Of a stretch of DNA of 64,000 nt, positions 21,602-30,844 are shown piece by piece. The stretch comes from Promethearchaeota archaeon (GTDB lineage Archaea; Asgardarchaeota; Heimdallarchaeia; Hodarchaeales; Hodarchaeaceae), in contig JBHLMN010000018.1 in NCBI GenBank assembly GCA_048938105.1, forward strand, positions 1-64,000, written 5' to 3'. Each line of letters starts with the position of its first letter. Within the stretch, counting starts at the first letter, position 1. The notes under the pieces were generated by a model. The model had not been told where the DNA came from and ran no database searches. It saw only the letters and a program-made list of their open reading frames with translations. Made by a program: the position numbers and the translations under genes.

Positions 21602-23044
21602 TCAGAAATAGGTGTCTTTTAGTTCAACACCCCATTTCACATGATCTACAGAGCTCGCAATTTTGTAATATATTTTGATGCCAGAATTCCTCTTGATTAA
21701 ATCGATTCTTCGAGCGAATGATTTGATCCAATAATTAGGCATTTTAAGGAAGCCAAAATAATAATTAGGTTTATTATCTTCTTGGAAAAAGATATCACAC
21801 TTTGGAAAGCAGAGGAAATGTTGAATCCAAGGAATTTGATGGTCTTCGGCTGAAATGAAAAGGAAAACTGTCAAATCTAAACCAATGTTGAAGTATTGAT
21901 TCGTTTTTACTAAAAGGTTTTTTTCACCATATTCTTGAAGTCTTTTTGAGATCTCCGGTGCTGAAACTTTGATAGCCTGACTAAACTGTTTTATACTGGA
22001 AAAACTCCCACGGGTTGTAAGAAAATCAAGGATTTTTACATCTGCAGGAGTAAGGGATCGAAAGAGATCAAATGTAGGTTTAAGAGGAAAATTAATATCT
22101 GGGCTAGGAGAAATTAAGGAAACGTTCGTATCACTGTGAAGAAGTGAAACATTCGTATCACTCCAAGTCAATTCTCCTGATGATAGTCCAGTTAAGTTCC
22201 AAGACGAAATTCTTGTATTTAATGGATGAGAAATCAAGATCTCAAGATTATCGTGAAGAGTAAAGAATTCTTTTGATTTCTGATAAGGAATCTGCACAAT
22301 ACTGAAATTTCCTACAGTTAAATTAGTTGAGAGAAGCAAGTATTTTTCATAACGTTTTGGAAATAAGTTGGAATGAACAAGTAAGTTTGTCTCGTAACCT
22401 AGTCTACCCATATCTAGAAAGTGGAGAGATTGAACCATTTGTAATAAACGAATTGTATTCATTCTTCGTAAAACAGTCCTAGAAGAGATATTTAGATGTT
22501 TTGCAAATTCTGTTTGAGTTGGTTGCTTATAATATACTGGATTGAGCTTTTCCAAACTCTGAAAAGCTTTTAAAAGTGATATATATAATTCATCAAGTGG
22601 AACTGTAAAGTTCGTTAAGATAGGTATAAGGAATTCGAAAAGAGCTTCTTTATCCCCCTTAATCTCTTTTGTTAAGAGCTTCTGAATGAAAAATTCAAAG
22701 TTTTGCTTATTATGAAAGCAAATCTCATATGTAACCAGTTTAAGAGGAAATAAGTAACTCCCCCTTTTCCTCCACTTTAAAACAATGGAAGCATAACTTT
22801 TAAACCAGCTTTCATTAAATTCTAAGGTTTTGTCACCTTGAAATTTGTTGTAGAATGGAAGAATATGAGACTCCAATATATCTTTAGTGAAATCCATGGT
22901 ATCTTCTAGTGTAAAATTGTTGGCTCTTTCATGGATGTACATCCAAATATTGAGAAAATCAAATACAAATTCCTCTATTTTATAATCTTCCGGGTTTTGT
23001 CGGAAATTATCAAGAATTGAAGGAATTTGTTTAGGGAGGGGCAT
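21602..23044 (-). CDS. Transcriptional regulator with two HTH + Lrp/AsnC-like units and an N-terminal helical domain
   Basis: HTH1 TQTEFAKHLNISSRTVLRRM, followed by LDMGRLGY; HTH2 SIKQFSQAIKVSAPEISKRLQEY, followed by FNIGLD. Confidence 0.75.
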   Translation of the reverse strand: MPLPKQIPSILDNFRQNPEDYKIEEFVFDFLNIWMYIHERANNFTLEDTMDFTKDILESHILPFYNKFQGDKTLEFNESWFKSYASIVLKWRKRGSYLFPLKLVTYEICFHNKQNFEFFIQKLLTKEIKGDKEALFEFLIPILTNFTVPLDELYISLLKAFQSLEKLNPVYYKQPTQTEFAKHLNISSRTVLRRMNTIRLLQMVQSLHFLDMGRLGYETNLLVHSNLFPKRYEKYLLLSTNLTVGNFSIVQIPYQKSKEFFTLHDNLEILISHPLNTRISSWNLTGLSSGELTWSDTNVSLLHSDTNVSLISPSPDINFPLKPTFDLFRSLTPADVKILDFLTTRGSFSSIKQFSQAIKVSAPEISKRLQEYGEKNLLVKTNQYFNIGLDLTVFLFISAEDHQIPWIQHFLCFPKCDIFFQEDNKPNYYFGFLKMPNYWIKSFARRIDLIKRNSGIKIYYKIASSVDHVKWGVELKDTYF

Positions 23045-23105
23045 TTGATGCCGAAAAAAAGGGTAGTATCATTTAAAAACCTGTCTAGAGAATATATTCG
23101 AATGT

Positions 23106-23136
23106 GCAAAATAGCAAGTTATTTGCTAATTTTTGC
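23106..23136. promoter_or_regulatory. Palindromic operator candidate between the regulator and the peptide ORF
   Basis: GCAAAA-TAGCAA-gttat-TTGCTA-at-TTTTGC in the 140-bp divergent intergenic region. Confidence 0.5.
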
Positions 23137-23184
23137 CTTAACCTAAAAAAAAACCGAAAAAAAAGATAAGGTGTGTAAAAAACA

Positions 23185-23337
23185 ATGAGAAAAGTTAGAA
23201 ATCGTGAAAAAAGAATTAATGTTGAATTAACATTATTAAAAATACTCCCCTGGTTATTCCTTATATTACTCTACATTGCTGCATCTTCATTGGGAACTGC
23301 TGTTTCAGCTGGACCAATTGGTAGTCTTGTAGACTAG
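23185..23337 (+). CDS. 50-aa signal-peptide-only ORF (putative precursor of the secreted peptide GPIGSLVD)
   Basis: Below the ORF-track cutoff. MRKVRNREKRINVELTLLKILPWLFLILLYIAASSLGTAVSA-GPIGSLVD; AGGTG RBS-like sequence upstream. Confidence 0.6.
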   Translation: MRKVRNREKRINVELTLLKILPWLFLILLYIAASSLGTAVSAGPIGSLVD

Positions 23338-23904
23338 GAATTTAAGATAGGGCCATAATTCCAATTTAATAATCAGGTATAGATGAATTATTAAGTGGTC
23401 ATCAAAAAAGGAGTTTCTGCGCTCATCTTAGAGCAAAAATCCGACAAAATCAACTATTATTTCCACAATGGAGGATATCCCCAAAATTACCCCTAGGATC
23501 GCATGTGACACTATATCTCAATGAAATAGGTTATTCATATATAACTGTAATCCTCCCAGGGTAATATATGACCTTTTAATGGCCCCATCACTGTTTCAGA
23601 CAACCTTAACTAATTGAATAGGTATATATTTGTTTCTCTTCAACTCTGATGTATCTTATTTTCTAACAATACTCGAAAATAATCAGAAGTTTTTGTGACA
23701 ATGGGGGGAAATTATTTACATTAATTTATTCTAAAGGTTTCTGTCGTTTTTTTGAAAATCATACCTTGTAATTCATTTGACTAATTACAGACACATTTTT
23801 TTGAAAAGTGTCACTTCTGAGTAACTTTTCATTATATCAAACTGTGTTTTTTAATTTCTTATTCAAAGTGAAGTCATCAAAAGACACAAGGATGTAGGAA
23901 AAAA

Positions 23905-24174
23905 GTGCAAGTGACTGATCAATTTGGCATCAAAAAATCTTTAGATCGAGTTTTCCAGTTATTATTCATGTCTACGAATCTTTTTTCTTCATTTGAGCTT
24001 CGAGATAAACTCTGTCTACTCCAAATGAACAAAAAGTATAATTTTTCTGACCCTGAACTCAAACAACTACTCATCTACTTTCTTGACTTGATCGAGTATT
24101 TTTCTCATGAAAGGTTGCTATTGATCCAGGATCCTGTAGATAGTTCTCGATATGCACTCACTGGAGGTTTTTGA
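23905..24174 (+). CDS. Small hypothetical protein, possibly winged-helix
   Basis: 89 aa; helices followed by an LLLIQD...RYALT wing-like ending. Confidence 0.55.
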   Translation: MQVTDQFGIKKSLDRVFQLLFMSTNLFSSFELRDKLCLLQMNKKYNFSDPELKQLLIYFLDLIEYFSHERLLLIQDPVDSSRYALTGGF

Positions 24175-24640
24175 CATGTACTCAGAAATTATTACAGTTC
24201 GAAAAGGAGAACCAAATCGCAAAAATTTGGAGCATGAATCTCTATTGGAAGAATCTTTTTTACAATCCAATGAGATAAAAACAGTAGAGGTTTCTGAAAG
24301 TGATGTTCACCGTTTAGCAGATCGTACTCTTCTCTTACTTTCCTTCAAAGATACTTCTACTCAAAATTTACGCTATGTTCTTAATGTACTTGGTATTCGC
24401 ACATTAGAAGAGAAAAGGAATATTCTACAAGAAATTTATCGGTTAATTCGGGAGGGTATTGTGTATGTTCCTAGAGGGCTTCCTCAATTAATCGATCAAG
24501 GTTCTCGTCTTGATATTAACAGCTCTTTAGAAGCCGAAAATATCGATATATGCCTCCTTCGTCCCTATGAGGAATTAATTAGAGAAATTCAGAATGAAAT
24601 AACGGAGCTAAATACTACTACGGTTATTAGAAAACCATGA
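24152..24640 (+). CDS. Hypothetical protein, paralogue of 25144-25527
   Basis: About 58% identical (62/106, ungapped) to the 127-aa ORF. The start is probably the ATG at about 24176, after GGAGG. Confidence 0.75.
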   Translation: MHSLEVFDMYSEIITVRKGEPNRKNLEHESLLEESFLQSNEIKTVEVSESDVHRLADRTLLLLSFKDTSTQNLRYVLNVLGIRTLEEKRNILQEIYRLIREGIVYVPRGLPQLIDQGSRLDINSSLEAENIDICLLRPYEELIREIQNEITELNTTTVIRKP

Positions 24641-24675
24641 ATAACCATACCAGTAAATTAGAAAGATGAGCAATA

Positions 24676-25110
24676 ATGATTCGTAATGGTCTCTCACTTA
24701 AGGATAATGACGAGCAGCGAGAAGTTAATCAACTTAAGGAATATCTGAAATTAGCCAATGGTACCTCTGAACATGTTTTAATTGCTAAATGGCGGTGTAT
24801 AAAACACATGCAATCGGATTTAGAATTACCCTCTCAAACTCCGATTGACAAACTCGTTAAGCTTTACAACAATCTTGAAGAGATTCGGAAGGCCTTTAAT
24901 TACCAAATCAATGATTTTAGTCAATTAAATGAACTTTTTCATGATGTTACCGCTGTTAGGGATAGATTAAACTTCCCAAAAGACTATTCGACAACTGATG
25001 TCTTGTCTCGACTCAATTCTGATCTAATTCCTTTCTTAGGGCTTAAAGAAAACTCATTACTCAAGCAATTATTGCTATTATACCAACCAAATCAATTACA
25101 AATCATGTAG
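24676..25110 (+). CDS. Hypothetical helical protein
   Basis: 144-aa ORF in an operon-like arrangement. Confidence 0.65.
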   Translation: MIRNGLSLKDNDEQREVNQLKEYLKLANGTSEHVLIAKWRCIKHMQSDLELPSQTPIDKLVKLYNNLEEIRKAFNYQINDFSQLNELFHDVTAVRDRLNFPKDYSTTDVLSRLNSDLIPFLGLKENSLLKQLLLLYQPNQLQIM

Positions 25111-25143
25111 GGATATCATCGACGTCTAAAGGCCGAAATTCCA

Positions 25144-25527
25144 ATGAGAACGAAGAAGAACATATTAAAAGAAATAAATCTAACTGAGGAGGAACGAACT
25201 CAATTAACGGATCGTGCTCTCATTTTATTATCATTTAAAGATACCGAAAGGCAAAATCTGCAATTTCTGCTTAACATTCTTGGGATTCAAACACTTAAAG
25301 AAAAAGAAAACATTTTACGGGAAATTTTCAGGCTTATTCGTGAGGGGATTGTCTATGTTCCACAAGGCCTAGCGAAATTAATTGATGAAGGAACTCTATT
25401 TAATATCAACAACCCTGAAAACATCAGAGACATAGATTTATACCTTCTTTGTCCTTATGATCAACTTATCAAGGAAATTCAAGATGAGATCATCAATTTA
25501 AGAGCTAAAGCAGCTTCACAGCAGTGA
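25144..25527 (+). CDS. Hypothetical protein, paralogue of 24152-24640
   Basis: Shared core DRxLxLLSFKDTxxQNL...RLIREGIVYVP. Confidence 0.75.
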   Translation: MRTKKNILKEINLTEEERTQLTDRALILLSFKDTERQNLQFLLNILGIQTLKEKENILREIFRLIREGIVYVPQGLAKLIDEGTLFNINNPENIRDIDLYLLCPYDQLIKEIQDEIINLRAKAASQQ

Positions 25528-25657
25528 AATCTTATGTTTTTTTAGATTCATTCAATATAAGGAATAAATCGCATTTGCTCTAATTAGTTTCCTTTTTATT
25601 GAATGAAAAAATGCTTTAAAAATTAAGAAAACTTGCTTTATAAAAAGAGGTTAAACA

Positions 25658-27202
25658 ATGTTTTTCCCTTTCTCTCTTCAATCTGCATCAGATTGGTTAG
25701 ATTATGTTCCTAATTTTCTTCTAACTCTCCCAGAAGACTCAAAATATGTTAATAATAAGGAATTTCATCATTATCTTGCCTCTACTTTGGAAGCATTTTT
25801 CCCTGAAGCCTCACATGAATTCCTTTCAGCCATTCTAACAATATTAATAGATGCAACGGAGGCTGGGAAGTATATCATTCTGGAAATTTTACTTGATACA
25901 GAGTCTATTTGGGAAATATTGGCGGAATTTGAAAAAATTCAACCAGTTTTAACTGAATTAGCGTTGTCGACAGATAAGCTTTATTCTAAAAGCGCAGCTA
26001 CTCTTTCAAGTAAATTAGAAGACATTCACATACCCTATGACGAAGAATCAATTGAAGAAGTAATGGACGAAAGAGAGAAAGTACCAGCTTTTGATGAAAC
26101 AGTCCTTGATGACATCTTAGAAGGTGCTTTAGAGGAGATTACATCAGAGAAACTGAAATCAGAAGCACCTCCAGAAATTCGGAGTACACCCAGAGAAGAA
26201 ATTTTAGCCCCAGAACCAGCAACTCCTCCTGAACCTACTTCGAGGGCACCAACGGGGCCTCCTGCTGGAACTCCAGCCCCATCTCGTCTTGCTGCAAGAA
26301 CGGCTCCTCCAACTCCCAAGCCTGCTCCTCCTCCTGAAGCAGCACCTCCACCAACACCGACAATAGCTCCTGCTAAAGAAGCTGAAAGTTTTGCCATTCG
26401 AGACGAAGACACCTCAATGAAACGGAAAAAAGCAGTAATGGAAGAACTCAAGACTGAACTTGAGGAGAAATCCATTGTTCCTTCTCCTGTTCGTTCTAAA
26501 ATCCCAAAATTTGATACCATTCATACTCATGTTCATTATTATTCTCGAATGAATCCCCGAAAAACGTATCCATTTACCGTCACCTTATCTAAACTAGCAA
26601 AAGAAATTGCTGCTGATAAGATGCATTTTCTATCGGGTGAAAAAGAAAAAGAAACCCGAGGAGAATTTGAACTACGCGATGTTACTAAACGATTAGTTGT
26701 GGAACCATTATTGAGCGGCTGTTTAGTTCAGCCCACCTCTCAATTTGTTGATCCAAAATCTCAAAACCTTCCAAAAGTACTAACATTCTTTATAACTCCA
26801 TTAGTAGAAGCAGGGTTTCGTGCCACATCTCTTGAAGGATCACTTTTTGTGAAAGATGAGACAGGAACAATTTTACTTAAGTTAGATCTTCCAGAATTAT
26901 CAGTTGCTAGTCATCGCGTTAGTCAAGTAGCAGCTTTGATAGGTACTATTGGAGGAGGAGCAATGCCAGCTGTTGATTCATTGTTTGGTGTAAATCTTCA
27001 GGTAACGATGGCTGGTCAATTAGCTTACCTTCTTCCACAATTAGCTAGATCTTTCGACATGATGTGGGTAGTAAGCGTAGCTCAGGCCCTTCTTTTCGTT
27101 GGTGCTGTAGGTGGTGCACTTCTTTGGTGGTGGAAAAAAGGTCGAGCAAAAGTAGTAAAAGTTGCTCCTGAACGTACTATGACCCTCCAGCTTTCTCAAT
27201 GA
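25658..27202 (+). CDS. Membrane-anchored protein with Pro/Ala-rich linker and beta-sandwich domain
   Basis: Acidic helical N-terminal domain, PEPATPPEP...PAPPPEAAPPPTP linker, beta-rich domain and C-terminal TM segments ending WWWKK. Confidence 0.7.
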   Translation: MFFPFSLQSASDWLDYVPNFLLTLPEDSKYVNNKEFHHYLASTLEAFFPEASHEFLSAILTILIDATEAGKYIILEILLDTESIWEILAEFEKIQPVLTELALSTDKLYSKSAATLSSKLEDIHIPYDEESIEEVMDEREKVPAFDETVLDDILEGALEEITSEKLKSEAPPEIRSTPREEILAPEPATPPEPTSRAPTGPPAGTPAPSRLAARTAPPTPKPAPPPEAAPPPTPTIAPAKEAESFAIRDEDTSMKRKKAVMEELKTELEEKSIVPSPVRSKIPKFDTIHTHVHYYSRMNPRKTYPFTVTLSKLAKEIAADKMHFLSGEKEKETRGEFELRDVTKRLVVEPLLSGCLVQPTSQFVDPKSQNLPKVLTFFITPLVEAGFRATSLEGSLFVKDETGTILLKLDLPELSVASHRVSQVAALIGTIGGGAMPAVDSLFGVNLQVTMAGQLAYLLPQLARSFDMMWVVSVAQALLFVGAVGGALLWWWKKGRAKVVKVAPERTMTLQLSQ

Positions 27203-27264
27203 TCCTTTATTAATTCATAATATTCCTATTCAACACCTCATTATATCTTTATGGAGATTTTGGA

Positions 27265-28512
27265 ATGCTCTCAACAGTGATTCGCTCATATCCTAACCAA
27301 CGCACAGTATCCTTGGGAATTGTTACTCATAGGGGAGCAGCTCATGATACACTCGCGGGTACCACCCAAGTTTTGTTACAAACTATGGCTCGAGGGACAA
27401 TAGATCATAATGAAGTTGAAATCGCTAGATTAATTGATGGAACAGGTGGCTCGTTGTTTTCTTCTACAGAAAAAGATTTCTCTATTATTGGTGCTCAAAT
27501 TCAACCAAAATACGCAATACGAACTTTAGATCTTCTGTTCGAAATGATCTCTCACCCTACCTTAAATGAGTCACATTTTCTTGTTGAAAAACAGAATTTA
27601 ATCCAGATTTTCTATCAGGTTCAGTCGAATCCAATACGAAGGATGATGATTTTTGATGCAGATAAAGCCACTTTTGGAGAGGATCATCCCCTTGGCCGAT
27701 CCCAAATTGGAACACCTGAATCCTTAGAAAGACTCACAAAAGACGATCTTCAAAAAGCTCATCAGAAATTATTGATAAATCCCTGGGGATTTGCGGTGGG
27801 AGCCATTTCAGAAAGTCTCCATAAACAAATAGACCATAAATTAACTGAATTTCTTTCAAAAAGCAAATCAAAAGCTCAAAAGCTTCAACCATTTCCTCGA
27901 AGAGACATTCCACCAAATAATCTTATTGCTTCATCTGCAAAGGAAGAAGGGAATGTATATCTTTGTGTTAACATCATAACTGATGCAAGTCCCAGTATTA
28001 TAGGCTTAGCACGTTTTTCCAGTGCTCTTCTAGGAGAATCCTTTGGCTCAAGGATGTTCTCAATTCTAAGAGATCAAAAAGCATTTGGTTACATTACTGG
28101 ATCGACTTTGAAGCTTCTTGCTGAATCTTTAGTACTACGTTGTTACATGGAAACATCTCCAAAGAGAACAGAAGAAGCAATAGACTCATTAATAGAGTTA
28201 CTTACCGATATAAGTAGAGAGAAGATATCAGAAGAAGAATATAATACAACTCGTAATTTTATCTTAGGCCAATTAGATTTATCTTTTGATGATTCTCGTT
28301 CAACAGCTTCTCGAATTATAAATAGGGTAGTCCATGATCTTCCACCAAACATTGAGTCAGGATATAAGGAAATTGAAACAGTAACTTCAGAAGGTATCAA
28401 CTCTTGGTGGAAGAAAACTCTCCTTCGCCCTGAAAATGTTAGCTTAGCTATTGTTGGTGACATAAATCCTGCTCAGATCCAAGAAAGTTGGAAAAAAAAT
28501 ACTTATACTTAA
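27265..28512 (+). CDS. M16B peptidase, non-catalytic subunit
   Basis: M16 fold. The HXXEH position reads QVLLQT; the SRMFSILRDQKAFGY (R/Y pair) motif is retained. Confidence 0.85.
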   Translation: MLSTVIRSYPNQRTVSLGIVTHRGAAHDTLAGTTQVLLQTMARGTIDHNEVEIARLIDGTGGSLFSSTEKDFSIIGAQIQPKYAIRTLDLLFEMISHPTLNESHFLVEKQNLIQIFYQVQSNPIRRMMIFDADKATFGEDHPLGRSQIGTPESLERLTKDDLQKAHQKLLINPWGFAVGAISESLHKQIDHKLTEFLSKSKSKAQKLQPFPRRDIPPNNLIASSAKEEGNVYLCVNIITDASPSIIGLARFSSALLGESFGSRMFSILRDQKAFGYITGSTLKLLAESLVLRCYMETSPKRTEEAIDSLIELLTDISREKISEEEYNTTRNFILGQLDLSFDDSRSTASRIINRVVHDLPPNIESGYKEIETVTSEGINSWWKKTLLRPENVSLAIVGDINPAQIQESWKKNTYT

Positions 28513-28528
28513 TAATAAGGGAATATCA

Positions 28529-29842
28529 ATGCTGACTGATCAATCTGAATCTGTAATATTAGACAATAATCTAAGATTGCAACTAGTCTCGATTCCGGGG
28601 GGAAAAACGACCTTAATCGCAGTTGGTCTCCACGCTGGCGCAATGTATGAGGAGGGATTTGGCCCTGGATCAAATGATGGGATCAGTCATTTTATAGAGC
28701 ACATGTTCTTCAAGGGAACCCCGACTAAAACCACAAAACAAGTTAATGAGGCGTTCACGCGCTTAGGGGCAGATTTAAATGCATATACAACCTATGATCA
28801 TACAGCATATCATGCAAAAGTCCCTAGTCGCAATTTACATAAAGCTATTGAAATCTGGAAGGAATTGTTAGTAAATAAGAACATTGATTCAACAGAATTC
28901 AACGCAGAGAAAGAAGTCATTTTACAAGAGATACAATTATATGCGGATATGCCAGAATTTGATGTTAATTTCACAGTTCGGAAAAAACATCTCTCAGGCA
29001 CAGCACTTGAACATAACATCCTTGGAACTCTTGATTCTGTAGCAGATATTACACCTGATATGATGTTCAATTATATTGAGCGTTTTTATTCCTTTGATAA
29101 TGCTATTGTAACTTTAGTCGGAGGTTTCGATTTAGAAGCAGAAAAACAATATTTAACCTCAATTTTTAGTGATCCGATCGCTCATCCACGAAAACATCCA
29201 ATTTACCCTCCAAATGTCGATTATCTTTCTCCAAAAAATGTTAAAAGTAATATTTCCTTTTACAAAAACGAAATATCAAAACCCCTTTCTTATATTGCTT
29301 TAGCTTGGACTTGCCCTGGCATTCGATCGACAGATTTTTTTCCATTACTGTTACTAAATACATTCATTGGAAATTCACGCACATCGTTATTATATAGGGA
29401 AGTAATTAGCAAAGGAATAGCCAGTATCTGTCGTTATGGATTTGAAGCTCTCTATGATGTCTCAATAAGTAGTATTCTCTTCGTAACACCTCCCAAAAAG
29501 ACAGAAGAAGTCTTTCAAAAGGTTATTGACCTAATGATTACTATTCGTGATCTGAAAATTTCCCCTCAAATCACTAACACGCTGAAAGAAGAAGTTTGGG
29601 GGTCGTATATTTCTGAAATCGAAGATCCTAGTAATTATGGGATTGATCTTCTTCAAAAGTATGTTAAATTTCACCAACCCCTCTCTGTAAAGGAATTTCA
29701 GAAAGAAATATTTCAAATCAATCCAGAAGATATTCAGAATGCTAAAGATAATTTATTAGAGAACTTCAACATTACTGTTTATGCAACTGGTACAGTTCCA
29801 CCTAATTGGGAACCTCAATTCCCAAAACACGGGCCCTGGTAA
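28529..29842 (+). CDS. M16B peptidase, catalytic subunit
   Basis: GISHFIEHMFFKGT, LNAYT and EKEVILQE motifs. Confidence 0.92.
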   Translation: MLTDQSESVILDNNLRLQLVSIPGGKTTLIAVGLHAGAMYEEGFGPGSNDGISHFIEHMFFKGTPTKTTKQVNEAFTRLGADLNAYTTYDHTAYHAKVPSRNLHKAIEIWKELLVNKNIDSTEFNAEKEVILQEIQLYADMPEFDVNFTVRKKHLSGTALEHNILGTLDSVADITPDMMFNYIERFYSFDNAIVTLVGGFDLEAEKQYLTSIFSDPIAHPRKHPIYPPNVDYLSPKNVKSNISFYKNEISKPLSYIALAWTCPGIRSTDFFPLLLLNTFIGNSRTSLLYREVISKGIASICRYGFEALYDVSISSILFVTPPKKTEEVFQKVIDLMITIRDLKISPQITNTLKEEVWGSYISEIEDPSNYGIDLLQKYVKFHQPLSVKEFQKEIFQINPEDIQNAKDNLLENFNITVYATGTVPPNWEPQFPKHGPW

Positions 29843-29876
29843 TAATAAAAATGAGATAATGCCAGAAGATGAGTAA

Positions 29877-30725
29877 ATGACATTCACAACAGGTTTGACT
29901 ATTCAAAAAATAAATGGTATCATTCCGTCTAAGTGGGTAGAAATTGCTTCAGCTATTGGATTACAACACATTGAATTTGATCAGACAGTTTTCGAAGACA
30001 TAGAAAACGTCATTCGTGTGTTAAAAGCACCCCAAACTGTAATTCATGCACCTTATGTTGAAGATTACGGAAACGACCTTTCCTCAAACGATAGGATTGT
30101 TGATCAATTTGTTGAAAACGTAATTAACTCTCAGCATGATCTTAATATCATTGGAGTCGTAGTCCATCCTCCCACTGATGCTAGTGGTTCTTGGGAAACA
30201 TTTTATAGCAGACTAGAAAAAATCCCATTTCCTTTACTCGAAAATATGCCTTATCAATCATGGGAGGAATTTCAAGAGTTTGTTGAAAATACAATGGCAA
30301 ATGTGGACAAGAACATCGGAATGTGTTTCGATATTCCCCATTCATGGATTACAAATGGGGAAACATTTTTGGAACTTCCTGAATTCTGTTTAGACTTCCT
30401 ACGCGCACCAACTGGTTATATCCACATTTCTGGAGGAACTCGAGAGGAGGATACACATTATCCATTACTAACTGAAGGGGATATGCCACTCGACCCCGTT
30501 GAAACTTTCTTAAACACCATTTCATTTTCTGGTACTGTCACAATGGAATTGGGTCCTCGATCTATTGATGATCTAGACAAAATCTTCAAGTCTTATATGC
30601 TTATGTTAAAAATAGCCCGAAAAAATTGGCATAAAATCCAAGTAAAAGTTAAACGTCCTTTCATCATGCGAAAGGTTCGTAATTTAACCAAGAGACACGC
30701 TTCAGGAAGTTTTAGTAGGAGATAA
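29877..30725 (+). CDS. Sugar phosphate isomerase/epimerase (AP endonuclease 2) TIM-barrel protein
   Basis: IHAPY, VVHP, LENMP, FDIPH, IHIS and TME metal-binding pattern. Confidence 0.8.
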   Translation: MTFTTGLTIQKINGIIPSKWVEIASAIGLQHIEFDQTVFEDIENVIRVLKAPQTVIHAPYVEDYGNDLSSNDRIVDQFVENVINSQHDLNIIGVVVHPPTDASGSWETFYSRLEKIPFPLLENMPYQSWEEFQEFVENTMANVDKNIGMCFDIPHSWITNGETFLELPEFCLDFLRAPTGYIHISGGTREEDTHYPLLTEGDMPLDPVETFLNTISFSGTVTMELGPRSIDDLDKIFKSYMLMLKIARKNWHKIQVKVKRPFIMRKVRNLTKRHASGSFSRR

Positions 30726-30844
30726 TGCAAGTCATTATAGTTAAAGAGTGAAATTTATTCAATTGAGCTATCAAATGACAATGAATCTGATTTCTAACAG
30801 AATATATGTCCTCATTTATCTCCTGTAAATTTGGAAGAGAGGCT

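Noticed and set aside
26035-26520. Gly/Ser-rich 161-aa antisense ORF
   Set aside because: Mirror of the Pro-rich linker on the coding strand.
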